A DNA stretch of 63,981 nt, the filler included, from Guillardia theta CCMP2712 (Eukaryota > Protista > Cryptophyta), in NCBI RefSeq assembly GCF_000315625.1. It is 9 parts of 9 records of this genome, joined end to end, with 100 filler letters (N's around TTAATTAATTAA, not from the genome) between each part and the next. Parts side by side here need not be neighbours in the genome. Positions count along the whole stretch, not along the records: positions 23,737 to 35,808 come from NW_005434334.1; positions 35,909 to 43,221 come from NW_005434232.1; positions 43,322 to 48,186 come from NW_005434571.1; positions 48,287 to 52,827 come from NW_005434169.1; 5 more parts are not named here. One strand, given 5' to 3'. Position 1 is the first letter of the stretch. Each line of letters starts with the position of its first letter. The notes under the pieces are model-generated. The model saw nothing but the letters and a program-made list of their open reading frames with translations. It was not told the origin of the DNA and ran no database searches. The position numbers and the translations under genes are program-made. This document shows positions 34,163-50,777 of this stretch, one piece after another.

Positions 34163-35808
34163 TCTCTCCGGGCGGCCGTGACCGGTCAGCGGACCGTGTC
34201 AGCAGGCCCGTGACATGTCAGCCGGCTGACAGGGGCCGTGACCCGGCTGACAGGCTCACCTGACCGGTCACGTGACACATCACGTGACCGAGACAAGACT
34301 TTTTTATATCGCAGATCCAAAAACCCATAGGACATTTCTCGCAGGGGGAAGAAAACCTCCCTTGACCCCCCTGTTTCTCGACGGATCCTGCCGGCCGGGC
34401 CCGTCAGTAGACCGACTGCAGCCTTCAGCCCCGCCTCAGACCCCCTGGAGGCCCGCCAGGAGGCTAAGTGTCCGGAGATTGGCCGGGGGCCCGATCTCTC
34501 CGGGCGGCCGTGACCGGTCAGCGGACCGTGTCAGCAGGCCCGTGACATGTCAGCCGGCTGACAGGGGCCGTGACCCGGCTGACAGGCTCACCTGACCGGT
34601 CACGTGACACATCACGTGACCGAGACAAGACTTTTTTATATCGCAGATCCAAAAACCCATAGGACATTTCTCGCAGGGGGAAGAAAACCTCCCTTGACCC
34701 CCCTGTTTCTCGACGGATCCTGCCGGCCGGGCCCGTCAGTAGACCGACTGCAGCCTTCAGCCCCGCCTCAGACCCCCTGGAGGCCCGCCAGGAGGCTAAG
34801 TGTCCGGAGATTGGCCGGGGGCCCGATCTCTCCGGGCGGCCGTGACCGGTCAGCGGACCGTGTCAGCAGGCCCGTGACATGTCAGCCGGCTGACAGGGGC
34901 CGTGACCCGGCTGACAGGCTCACCTGACCGGTCACGTGACACATCACGTGACCGAGACAAGACTTTTTTATATCGCAGATCCAAAAACCCATAGGACATT
35001 TCTCCCAGGGGGAAGAAAACCTCCCTTGACCCCCCTGTTTCTCGACGGATCCTGCCGGCCGGGCCCGTCAGTAGACCGACTGCAGCCTTCAGCCCCGCCT
35101 CAGACCCCCTGGAGGCCCGCCAGGAGGCTAAGTGTCCGGAGATTGGCCGGGGGCCCGATCTCTCCGGGCGGCCGTGACCGGTCAGCGGACCGTGTCAGCA
35201 GGCCCGTGACATGTCAGCCGGCTGACAGGGGCCGTGACCCGGCTGACAGGCTCACCTGACCGGTCACGTGACACATCACGTGACCGAGACAAGACTTTTT
35301 TATATCGCAGATCCAAAAACCCATAGGACATTTCTCGCAGGGGGAAGAAAAACCTCCCTTGACCCCCCTTTTCTCGACGGATCCTGCCGGCCGCGGGTCC
35401 GTCAGTAGACCGACTGCAGCCTTCCCCCGCCTCAGACCCCCTGGAGGCCCGCCAGGAGGCTAAGTGTCCGGAGATTGTGGCCGGGGGCCCGATCTCTCCG
35501 GGCGGCCGTGACCGGTCAGCGGACCGTGTCAGCAGGCCCGTGACATGTCAGCCGGCTGACAGGGGCCGTGACCCGGCTGACAGGCTCACCTGACCGGTCA
35601 CGTGACACATCACGTGACCGAGACAAGACTTTTTTATATCGCAGATCCAAAAACCCATAGGACATTTCTCCCAGGGGGAAGAAAACCTCCCTTGACCCCC
35701 CTGTTTCTCGACGGATCCTGCCGGCCGGGCCGGTCAGTAGACCGACTGCAGCCTTCAGCCCCGCCTCAGACCCCCTGGAGGCCCGCCAGGAGGCTAAGTG
35801 TCCGGAGA
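34163..35808. repeat. 332-bp satellite, right array (~5 units)
   Basis: Same unit resumes exactly where the left array was interrupted; runs into a gap. Confidence 0.97.
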
Positions 35809-35908
35809 NNNNNNNNNNNNNNNNNNNNNNNNNNNNNNNNNNNNNNNNNNNNTTAATTAATTAANNNNNNNNNNNNNNNNNNNNNNNNNNNNNNNNNNNN
35901 NNNNNNNN

Positions 35909-36837
35909 GCCGCCTGCATCAACAGCGGAAGCAAGTCAATGAAGGGAAGAACAGACGATGAGAGAGAAGAGAGAAGAGATGACGTGGTGATCGCAAGGCA
36001 GACAGGGAGGCATCAGACCGTGAAGAAGATCCCGAGGTTCTGGAACAGCACATCTTGCTTCGAGCCATCCTGCGGCAGAACCTCTGCCTCGCCGAGATCC
36101 ACCGCGAAGCTCGCGAGGATGAGGAGAGCGACGAGTGTCTGGAAGCTCGTTCCCTCGTACATGCTCAGCACCTGCTGTACCTTTACCTTCTTCCTCGCTC
36201 TTGTCTCCTCTATCTCGTCCTCTATCCCTTCCTCTCATCCCCCCCTCACCTCGGCCCTCCTCCTCCTCATCACCTTGTGTCGCGTTCGGTTGAGCAAGCT
36301 CGGCCCGATCTCTTCCATGATTCGCATTTTCTCGTGCCATCGCTTCGCCAACTCTATCTTCTCCTCCACCTCATCGTACCACTCCCACAAGTTGCCCTCA
36401 GGCATTCGGAACGTGTAGTTCCTCCCGCAGTTCCGTCCTCCGGGTATCGTCCTAATGATCATCGTTTCCTCCTCCTCTTCCTCCTTGTCCTTGTCCTTGT
36501 CCTTGTCGAAGCTGCTCAGGCTCGAGCAGGCTCTAGTCCGTCTGGCTCTGGTGCTGACTCGGAGCACGTCAATCAGGGGGATCATGTCGATAACAGCTTC
36601 CCGCTCCTCGGGGTCTGCGAGCACCAGGAAAGACTCGGACAAGATGGCGTATCGTGCCTGCCATGACACAAGCCCGCTAGACGACAGAAACTTCTTCTCC
36701 ACCATCCCTTCCCGCACGCGCTTGTTGGGTGCATCCGATCGCGTCAATTCCACGTCCTTGAAGCCTTGGACCGCTTCCTCCTCTCCTTGCTCGGCTGCTC
36801 GTCTTCTGAGGTTCTTGATGATGATACTAGCCGCCAT
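35909..36837 (-). CDS. PH-domain protein continuing into voltage-gated-channel-like transmembrane segments (3' end in gap)
   Basis: VREGMVEKK...WQARYAILS...YTFR...WYDEVE is PH-like. After an intron, FQTLVALLILASFAVDLGEAEVLP...LFQNLGIFFTV resembles S1-S2. Confidence 0.65.
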
Positions 36838-37469
36838 CGTGCGTCACTAAGACATGAAAGGATCAGCCACACCCTCTCCCTCTCCTCTCTCTCTGCTCTG
36901 CTCTGCTCTGCTCTGCTCTGCTCTGCTCTGCTCTGCTCTGCTCTCCTCTCCTCTCCTCTCCTCTCCTCTCCTCTCCTCTCCTCTCCTCTCCTCTCCTCCT
37001 CTCTCTCTCTCTCTCTCTTCTCTCCTCCCCTGTTGACTAGCGTTACTTCCGAGTCCACTACCCCTACCCCTACAAATAACAGTAAAAACTACCCCTGCCT
37101 AAAGTAAACACTCATCTCCCTCATACCCTCAATTCCTCGACATCCCCTCATCCCTCCTCGTATCCATGGAGGCCCTCATCCCTCCTCGTATCCGGATGGT
37201 GAGGGGTGGGGGGTCATACCCGGTGCTATCTAGAAGGGGTCCATTTGTGGTAGAAAAGGAGGAATACGAGGGTAGGGGTGTGAAAGAGCTCATGGGGTAG
37301 GAGTAGGGTGGTCGCTTGACCTCAAGGGGCACGGAGATGGCATGGGGAAAGTGAAAGGAAACGAATCGATGCGGCAGAAGTGAAGAGAGGAGAGGAGAGA
37401 GGAGAGAGGAGAGAGGAGAGAGGACGTTACCAGAGTTAGCATACAAGGGCAGAGAAGAGAAGAGAAGAG

Positions 37470-40400
37470 ATGGTTAGAAGAACCTTCTGGACAATCTTCG
37501 TCGCGATCGTCTTAGAGTTGGTAAATGCCCAATCCAACATTCCCATGCAGAGCTTGCTGGGTGGTCACCTGAGCTGGGCGATCGATCGGAACTTCGCGCG
37601 CGATCCCAACTCCAGGACGGTCCAGCTAACGCTAAGCACAGCCTTCACCATCCAAGACGGGCTGGAGTGCTCTGTGACTGCACCGTTTGAGCAAGTGGTG
37701 TGCAAGCCTTCAGCCAACAACAACATCTGTCCTGACCCTACCAACGGCTGCCATGAAGCTGAGCTCTTCGGCGTGCTGTGTGTCGCTCAGCTCATCCCCG
37801 ACGCCTCGAGCTCTGGCGTCCTGCGATCCAAGTACTACGTGTCAGGAGCGCAGTGCGGGCATGACGTGAACTATCAATCTGTGAACGTGAGCACCAACTA
37901 CAGCCGAGTGAATGTGAGCCCGTCACAGCTCGGGAAGGCCAACAGGTTCATCGTCACAAACCACTACACGCAGGCGAGACCAACTTCCACGGTTGACCGC
38001 AACTGGATGCCCGCGGGGAAAGAAGTCTTGTCGGGGAAGATGACCCACACCGTGCGGGTGGATCAAGACGCTGTGGGGCTCGTGGCGTGGTTAGCTCCTC
38101 GTGCTCAGTACGACTCGCTCATCCGTTCTCAGACGGGCCTGCTCCTCAAGCAATGTCAGGCCAACATGGACACATGTATGGCTAACCCCTGCAGTGAAGG
38201 GCGAAAAATGTTTCTCAGTCAAGATCCGGTTCAAAGTCAGACTGTAGGCATCACTGGGGACTACTGGGTGAGCTTCAAGTCCCGACTTCTCTTCCCCTTC
38301 AGTCAGCCAAGCGCTGGTTACGAGAACACTCTGGTCAGCTTTTCTCCGGCCTTGGAGACGTTCGTACCTCTGTGCTCAGTCGGGTCTGGGTCATACTCGT
38401 GCTCCAAGGGGCTGAGCAACTACTTCTCTCCTGTCGTTCCCTTCCCCCCCTTCATCGAGATCGCCATCACTCCCTTCACCCGCTCCAGCTCGGCCTACAG
38501 ATACACCTTTGCAGCCTCCTCTTCAACTTACAACGCGCCTCACCGGGCCTTCCGCATGCTCTCGTACGACTACGATGGGCACCAAATGTCGCAGTACTCG
38601 CCGATGCTCAAGCAGGAGATGCGGCAGAACGGCAACAAGAAGGCTGGTTCCGTCGATATCTGCAACGCCCGAGTCGACTGCATCGACAACGACAACCCGA
38701 ACCAGGGGGTATGGCCGCTCGATCCCAAGACAACGGCAGTGACGGGATGCAAGTTCTTCTTCGATGGCGATCGGGATGCGACCAAGAGGCAGGGAGGCTT
38801 GATCAAACTTGACTTCAACTTCTCTCTAGTCCTCAGCTCATCTACAACGCAAAACGTGAAGCATCTCTTTACGCAGCATGTAATCGATACTGTTGACTTT
38901 CCTTTCCTCGACGTGGACAATCCCGATCGAGCATCCTGTGCTGATCCTGTCACTGTCAAGCCTTACGTCGGGAATTTGACGCTTCAGTACAACACCGATG
39001 CCTCCTCCGTCACCCGTGCCATGGTTCAGAACATCTTCGCACTGTACGCGTGCGACGCAGGCTTGAAGAACCAGCCTCCCTGCTTCGTCGACTCCCTGGA
39101 TGCAACCACCTGCGGAGCCTCCAACTACTTCGAGTGCAACTTCTGGGAGCCCTGCTCCATCCCCCTGTACGTCAAGGACTTCACAATCACCAGCACGGGA
39201 GTCCAGCAGACGACCACCTCCTCGGATCAGAAGGTCATCGTCCGCTATGCGGCAGGCTTCGAGAACTACCCCGAGACTTCGCTCACGCAGACCACGGGCG
39301 TCAATGTGTTCGGCAGTGCCTCCTACCTCTACACTCACACACCGTCGGGTGACTGGCTGGGGAACAGGTTTCACTTCAGATCGGCAGGGAACATCTCGGT
39401 CATCTGCTTCGTCGCTTATGACGTGGACAGCACAGAGTCAGTGCTGAGCACATCGGACGCCAAGACCTGCGCCTCCACTCCTCACTGCATCAAGCTCAAG
39501 ATCGTGGCGAGCAAGCCCACCTTCGTCGTGCCGACCCCCCTCACTCCTTCCTACGATGATAACGCGCAGCTGATCCCCAACCGACATGACTTTGCGGTGA
39601 GTCAGCCCTTGCTCCTCTCTCTCTCTGACGGGCCTGCAGGCGTGCGAGGGATGGTCCAAGGACCTCGTGCTGAGAGCGGCAGACTCGGTGACGATGAGCA
39701 TCAGTGACGCTGAATATCAGCAGAGGAAGTTCCGAGTGTTCGTGAGGGACGTCGACGTCAATCCTTCCTACTTCGACCAGGAAGTCTGCAGCAGCTCTTC
39801 TGCCTATCACTTTCTCCCTGATGGGGGACAGGGTAACTGGGACTTCTTCAGCTCGCAGAGTTTCTCCTTCCCTCCTTCGCTTGCTACCTGCGGTCAGTTC
39901 AACGGGTATGGCGCTCAGAGGACGGGAAACAACGCAATGCAGATCTCACCAGAGGCGCAAGAGACAGGAGGCAGCGTCCTGTTCAAGACGGTGGCGTCCA
40001 ACTATGACGCCAAGGTCGAGTATGCGGGAGGAACGGCAGAGCTGCGAGTGAGGTACGTGCCGGACGTAAGCGCGAGGAATGGGATCGAAGTGCACAAGGA
40101 GTGCGCGGCTCCTCTGGTCGAGGGACTCTTCAACTTCAGCTGCTTCCAGAAAGTTGTCAACATGGACCAGACAATCTGTGCGGTCGCCTATGACAACTCG
40201 CGTCAAATCTTCGGGCGATGGGTGGGAGAGAGCGACCCCAACGGCGACGACCTGCCCGAGTGGCTGAGGGATCACAGCAACGGCGACATGGCCTCCGACG
40301 TCCACTGCTGGAAGATTAAACTTGCTGCCCCCCCTCTCGTCTGGGTCCCCCAGCAGCGAGTCCGTCTGCGAGTCCAGCAGGAGTCGAGCTTCTTCTTCGT

Positions 40401-41714
40401 GGCTCAGGTGAGGAAGGAGAGGAGGAGGAGGAGGAGGAGGAGGAGGAGGAGGAGGAGGAGGAGGAGGGCCTGACATGCAGCAGGACCCCAACCCCGAGGA
40501 TGACATTGAGATCTTTATCACCGGCAACCCAGGCCTCCCCCGCGGCGCCTCCGTTGACGTCTCGCGCTGTCACTGGCGGGAGGCGAACACGGAGGGTCTC
40601 TGCACCACCCCCGACCTCGTCGACCTCCAGCAGTACCACCAGCAGGACATTAGAGTCAACTTCCAGCCCTCCATCTCCTCCAGGTGCAGCTCAGCCTCCC
40701 GCAGGTTCAGCTGGACTCCAGGCCCCGATACAGCTGGAATGACGTTCAAAGTGTGCGCGTCGGCGAGGGACAACAGCGATACTTGCTTCAATGCGGGGCC
40801 TGAGCTCGCCACGGCTCGCGGATGGTTCAGCGCTCCTTCCTGCGTCTCGCTCGAGGTTGTTCCCCTACGCGTGCGCTGGGAGGGCTTCTTCTCCTCCCTC
40901 CCTCCCTCCTGGCGCTTCACCACCTACGTGGGCTGCTTGAACGAGATCGTCATCTCCACCTTCGACAACTCCGACCTCCTCGCCCCCGGAGAGCAGCGCT
41001 ACGAGGTCAGCCCCCAGCTCACCTCGAGCAACCTCAGCTCTCTAGAGCAGTCGCGCACGGGGAACCAAATCGTGGTCAGGTGGAAGCAGAACTTCGGAGA
41101 GGAGAGCTTGACCTTCTTGCTCTGCTTCGGGGCCAGCGATCCTTACGGCATCTTCCCCTCCCCCATGAGCAAGGTATGCCATGGCGGAAGCCACGCGCTC
41201 TTGAGCTGCATGGAGGACAGCGAGTGCGGAGGAGGCATCTGCGCTGACGCCTGCGTGCACGTGCTGGTGGGGAAGTGTCAGTACTGTGTGGAGGATCGAA
41301 GCTCCTTGACGTCGCTGGTTGGGGCGATGGGAGTTGACGTCACCTGGTACCACCTGTGGGCCCTCAACAGCTTTCAGCCTCCTGCCCGCACCGCCAACGT
41401 CTCCGGCATCCTCTTCCCTCCATCGGCCCCTGTCATGACTCGCATGACCGACCCCGACATGGTTGAGGTCAAGCAAGACCAGCGCCTGCGCATCGGGATC
41501 TCCTTTCATGCGCTACCAGGCGAGAGCGTTGGACAACTTGCAGCGAGGTAGGGCGGAGGAGGAGGAGATGAGGATGAAGCTGACTATGAGCAGGTTCCGG
41601 ACTACAGCAAAGATTCTCCTTCAGATGAATCCTGAGCTGGACCCGCTCCAGCCCTTCCAGTCCTCTCAGCCCGTTTGCGTCCTCCCTTGCTCAGACCTCC
41701 TCTCTCTGACTTGA
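37470..41714 (+). CDS. Large secreted Cys-rich protein with C-terminal LysM-like domains, multi-exon
   Basis: Signal peptide MVRRTFWTIFVAIVLELVNA. Long exons in ORFs 37470, 39667 and 40475. C-terminal YCVEDRSSLTSLVGAMG..WYHLWALN and HALPGESVGQLAARFRTTAKILLQMNPEL...QPVCVLP. Confidence 0.75.
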
Positions 41715-41879
41715 CCTCTCTCCTCCCTCCTCTAGTCTCTCTGACTTGACCTCTCTCGCTAAGTAAAGCTTGTATGTTCCTGGATACGAAACCCCCTCTG
41801 GGGCAGGCCCGGGTGAACTTTTTTGGGGATATGAGGGGGGATGAGGGGTATCGATGAGTCATGTCCGAAGAATGAGGGA

Positions 41880-42420
41880 GCAGGAGGAGAAGGAGAACGA
41901 GAACGAGAACGAGGAGAAGAAGAAGGAGAAGAGCAGGAGGAGAAGAGCAGGAGGAGAAGAAGAAGGAGAAGAGAACGAGGAGAAGAAGAAGGAGAAGGAG
42001 AAGAGCAGGAGGAGAAGAAGGAGAAGAGAACGAGAACGAGGAGAAGAAGAAGGAGAAGGAGAAGAGCAGGAGGAGAAGAGCAGGAGGAGAAGAAGAAGGA
42101 GAAGAGAACGAGGAGAAGAAGAAGGAGAAGGAGAAGAGCAGGAGGAGAAGAAGGAGAAGAGAACGAGAACGAGGAGAAGAAGAAGGAGAAGGAGAAGAGC
42201 AGGAGGAGAAGAAGAAGGAGAAGAGAACGAGGAGAAGAAGAAGGAGAAGGAGAAGAGCAGGAGGAGAAGAAGGAGAAGAGAACGAGAACGAGGAGAAGAA
42301 GAAGGAGAAGAGCAGGAGGAGAAGAAGGAGAAGAGAACGAGAACGAGGAGAAGAAGAAGGAGAAGAGCAGGAGGAGAAGAAGAAAAGGAGCAGGAGGAGA
42401 AGAAGAAAAGGAGCAGGAGG
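41880..42420. repeat. Purine-rich compound repeat (GGAGAA/GAACGA/GAGCAG units)
   Basis: Low-complexity tract lacking T on the + strand. Confidence 0.9.
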
Positions 42421-42471
42421 AGGCTGCTGCTGCAGCAGCAGGAGATATTGCTGACGTTGGCCTTGCAGCAG

Positions 42472-43221
42472 ATGTCGAATTCGAATCCGGCGAGGGCGAG
42501 GCTGGTGAGCAAGGCATGTGAGGGCTGGGTGAGCTAACGAAGGCGGCAGGCTCAGCTGTTCGAAGAGGAGGAGGAGGAGGAGAGGCTCAGCTCTTCCCTG
42601 CAGTTCAAGGCGCCGAAGCAACCTCGACCTGCCTCCGACTTGATGTCTGCTCCTCCCGACATGCCTCCTGTCTTGCCTCCTCCTCGCCGACCCTCCTCAG
42701 CCTCTCCCTCCATCATCTTCGCCTCCACCTGCCATCCCTTCCGCCTTCTCGATGGCTCCTTCCAAGCCGTCGCGGTGCCTCCGGACCGGGCAGGGCCCGA
42801 CGGGTCACTAGGGGTGGTGGTGATGGGGACCGGAAAGGAGGGGATGAAGCTGCTCGTGTACGACAGGACCAAAGCTCCGGTTATCTCGCATGACATCGCC
42901 GTGAGCTTTAAAGCCGTTCCTCAAGCCAGCAACTACGTGTCCTTCGCTGACTCTTCCAACACGGTACACGACGCTGCTCCTCTCCTCTCCTCTCCTCTCC
43001 TCTCCTCTCCTCTCCTCTCCTCTCCTCTCCTCTCCTCTCCTCTCCTCTGGTCGCATCGTTCGTTCTCATTTGTACCTCACAGGTTTGGAGCATTGGTCTC
43101 AAAAGCGGGGAGGATGTGGTATGCGATAAGAGAGGAGGAGGAGAGGAAGGGGAGGTCGCTGACTAACCGTAGGAAACCTTTATGAGAGCCGTTGCGCTTG
43201 CACGATCAGCCGCATGGACTA
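42472..43221 (+). CDS. FKBP15: FKBP15-like protein, N-terminal part (3' end in gap)
   Basis: ARL/AQLF...LQFKAPKQP and IIFASTCHPFRLLDGSF...LGVVVMG...KLLVYDRTKAPV...NYVSFADSSNT/VWSI match my recollection of the FKBP15 N-terminal domain. Confidence 0.7.
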
Positions 43222-43837
43222 NNNNNNNNNNNNNNNNNNNNNNNNNNNNNNNNNNNNNNNNNNNNTTAATTAATTAANNNNNNNNNNNNNNNNNNNNNNN
43301 NNNNNNNNNNNNNNNNNNNNNCAGACCACCCTACCATCCGCCTCCCATACTTTCCGTCCCTCCCTCAACAGTTTCTTCTGAGTTGCCCCCCTTGCCCCCT
43401 TGTCCTGTCCCCCTTGTCTGGTCTCTCCTCATATGCCAGCCCCCTCTCCGCCCCATTCCTCGTCTTCTTCATACTTCTTTTATCTTGCACATCTGATTTC
43501 CTGCTCAGAGTTCCTCCATTTTCTCCATTCACTGTTCCTTCATACTCTAAGGGACGGTAAAGAGGGGAATTTCAACTCAAGATCATCACTATAAGTGCTC
43601 CCGCTCCAGCTGCTGCTGCTCCTCCTCCTCCTCCTCCTCCTCCTCCTCCTCTTGCACCTTTACTTGCACCTGCACCTGCACCTGCACCTGCACCTGCACC
43701 TTCTCCTCCTTCTCCTCCAGCTCCTCTCCTGCTTCTTCACATTCTAGACCTTTCCATCCCTTCAAATCAGCAACTCGTTGTCTTCCCTGCTCTTCCTCGT
43801 CCCTCTTGCCATCTTCTCTTCCTCTTGCAGTTTTGCT

Positions 43838-48052
<4,215 letters not shown>

Positions 48053-48286
48053 TGAGCAAGTGAGAGAGGGGAGGGGAGGAGAGGAGACGGGAGAAGATAA
48101 GAGGGAAGGGGAGGGAAGGGGAGGAGATGGGAAGGAGGAGAGGAGGGGAGAGGAGAGAGGGAGGGGAGGGTTGATGGGAGGAGGAGNNNNNNNNNNNNNN
48201 NNNNNNNNNNNNNNNNNNNNNNNNNNNNNNTTAATTAATTAANNNNNNNNNNNNNNNNNNNNNNNNNNNNNNNNNNNNNNNNNNNN

Positions 48287-48898
48287 GGGCTGGGAGGGGA
48301 CAAGACAGGAGACGATACCTGAAAGCCTGGGCCTTCTGAAGACTGTAAAAGTGAGAGAGGAGGAAGAAGTTTGATTGGGTTTCTGCACAACGACATGAGA
48401 AGAAAAAGACAATTCGTTGTAGATCATATAGAAGCGAACAATTGGAAAATTAGAAAAGGTAGTAGTTGAGGTGGTGGAGGAGGAAGAGAAGGAGAAGGAG
48501 CAGGAGGACAAGCAGGAGGAGAAGGAGCAGTAGGAGAAGCGAGAAGAGGAGCAGGAGAAGGAGGAGGAGCAGGAGCAGAAGGAGGAGGAGAGGGGGAGAT
48601 AGGAGGAGGGAGATATGATGGTTGTGGACCTGCTTTCGCTGTGTCTTTGCCTGAGGTAACTCTTGACGATCTGATCGAGTGAATTTGGTTTCGACACCGA
48701 GACAGTCGCCAACCCGCTGTGACTCTTCTCCAACATCCCATGAGCATGAAACCCTGCTGCCCCCGTCTCCCCGTTCATCGCTCCTGCTGCTGCTCCTGCT
48801 GCTCCTGCTGCTCCTGCTCCTCCTGCTCCTCCTCTTGTGACTGAGTCAGTCAGGCATCTCCTGCGAGGGCTGAGAGGATTTTCCGGTGTTGCAGGAGT
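48287..48898 (-). CDS. DCAF1/VprBP-like internal fragment
   Basis: Spliced SLDQIVKSYLRQRHSES/RNPIKLLPPLSLL resembles the DCAF1 motif LDSIITEYLREQHARCKNPVATCPPFSL. Confidence 0.55.
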
Positions 48899-49171
48899 CT
48901 GCAAGGATTTCAGTCAAGCCTTTGATGCTCCTCCTCCTCCTCCTCCTCCTCCTCCTCCTCCTCCTCCTCCTCCTCTCGTCATCTTTCATCATCCCATGCT
49001 CCTAACCTCTCCTCTGCCCTCCCCTCTTCCGCCTCCCCTTCTATCGCCCGCCTCGTGTTCCTCTCCTCCTGTCCTGTCCTGTCCTGTCCTGTCCTGTCCT
49101 GTCCTGTCCTGTCTTGTCCTGTCCCCTTTGCCCCCTCCTCTCCCTCCTCCTCTCCTCACTTCGAGCTCCAG

Positions 49172-50777
49172 GTCATGCAAACGTTCCTCCTCCTCCTCGG
49201 CTCCATCATCACCTGCGCCATGGCCATGGCGCGGGTTGGAGGACTCTCGGGCCTCTTCTCAAGCACTCAGGACAAGAGAAACCTTCATCTCCTCCGCTCC
49301 GACAGCGACACGCCGTGAGCTCCTGCCCAGCTAGACCACTGCGGTTGATGACATCATCATCACCAGGTACTCTCTGCTGGGCCTGCTGCTGGGGGCGCCG
49401 TTCCTCATCGGCTGGTACCACTGCTGCAACCAGGACATGGTTCAACGAGGGCTGGCAGCGAAGGATATGGAGCATGCGAAGGGAGGGTGCGTGATGGCGG
49501 GATGGCTGAAATTGCTGCCTCCCTTCCTGTTCCTGCTGCCCGGCATGGCTGCTCGCCTCTTGTTCCCGCAGGTGGGTGGAGTGCAGGGGCGGGGACGGAG
49601 GAGAGGAGAGGAGAGGAGAGGAGAGGAGAGGAGAGGAGAGGAGAGGAGAGGAGAGGAGAGGAGAGGAGAGGAGAGGAGAGGAGAGGAGAGGAGAGGAGAG
49701 GAGAGGGAGAAAGATGAGTAGAGGGGAGGGAGGGGGGGCGAGATGTAGCGACGACAGATCGGGCTTAGGAGAAAGTGGGAGGGAGTGGGAGGGAGTGGGA
49801 GGGAGTGGGAGGGAGTGGGAGGGAGTGGGAGGGAGTGGGAGGGAGTGGGAGGGAGTGTGCAGGGGCAGGATGTCTTGAGAAGTCAGATACCCGCACTGAC
49901 TCTCCTTCCTCCCTCAGGAGCTTCAATGCCACACGACCCCTTCCTCCTCCTCCTGCAGCAACCCGGACGCTGCGTTCCCCCTCCTTGTCCACCAGCTCAT
50001 CCCCGCAGGTCTCCGAGGCCTCGTCCTCGCTGCCGTCCTCGCCGCCATGATGTCTACCCTCGCCTCCGCCTTCAACTCCTCCTCCACCCTCTTCACCATG
50101 GACATCTACCTTCGTGCCCGTCCTTCCGCCTCCTCCCATGAGCTCGTGCTTGTGGGCAAGGCCTGTACTCTCCTCCTTGCCGTCCTCGCCGTCCTGTGGG
50201 TTCCCGTCATCAAGCGCCTCCGAGCTGCCGTCTACGTGTACGCACAGATGGCGAACGGATGCCTCTCTCCTCCCATCTTCACCCTCTTCTGCCTCTCCCT
50301 CTCCTCCTCCTCCCTCAACTCTGCTGGCGCTCTTGCTGGGCTCTCCCTGGGGCACTTGCTCGGCTTCACCCGCATGGCGGTGTGCATAGCAATGGGGGCT
50401 GCGAGGCCTCGCGCTCCTCCTCCTCCCTCCTCGAGCGTCTCTTCCTCGGGACCGAGTTCCTGCTCTTCGCCTTCGCCCAGGGAGTCATCTCCGGCCTCGT
50501 CATGGTGGTTGTGAGCTGGGCAACAGGAGGTGCAGAGCAGGAGAGGGTGCGAGGGCTGACGTGGAGCACGAGGGAGGACTCTAGAGTCTTCGACTCTGTC
50601 GCTTCCTCCTCCCGCCAGCTGCAAGGGGCGGCAGAGATGCTGGAGGAGGACAAGCAAGGGGAGACTGACGAGGCGCCGCTGGTTGAGCATGCGACTAGCT
50701 CCTCCTCCTCCTCCTCCTGGACTTCATGCGGTTGTTGCCGCTGCTGCTGCTACTTCTGTCTTCTCCTTTTTCCTTGA
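49172..50777 (+). CDS. Sodium:solute symporter (SLC5/SGLT-like), C-terminal part; 5' part missing
   Basis: WYHCCNQDMVQRGLAAKDMEHAKGGCVMAGWLKLLP and GLRGLVLAAVLAAMMSTLASAFNSSSTLFTMDIY. One frameshift in a G run at ~50397. Confidence 0.92.

Noticed and set aside
41602-42621. Multiple long overlapping ORFs on both strands
   Set aside because: Purine-only repeat tract; no coding signal.
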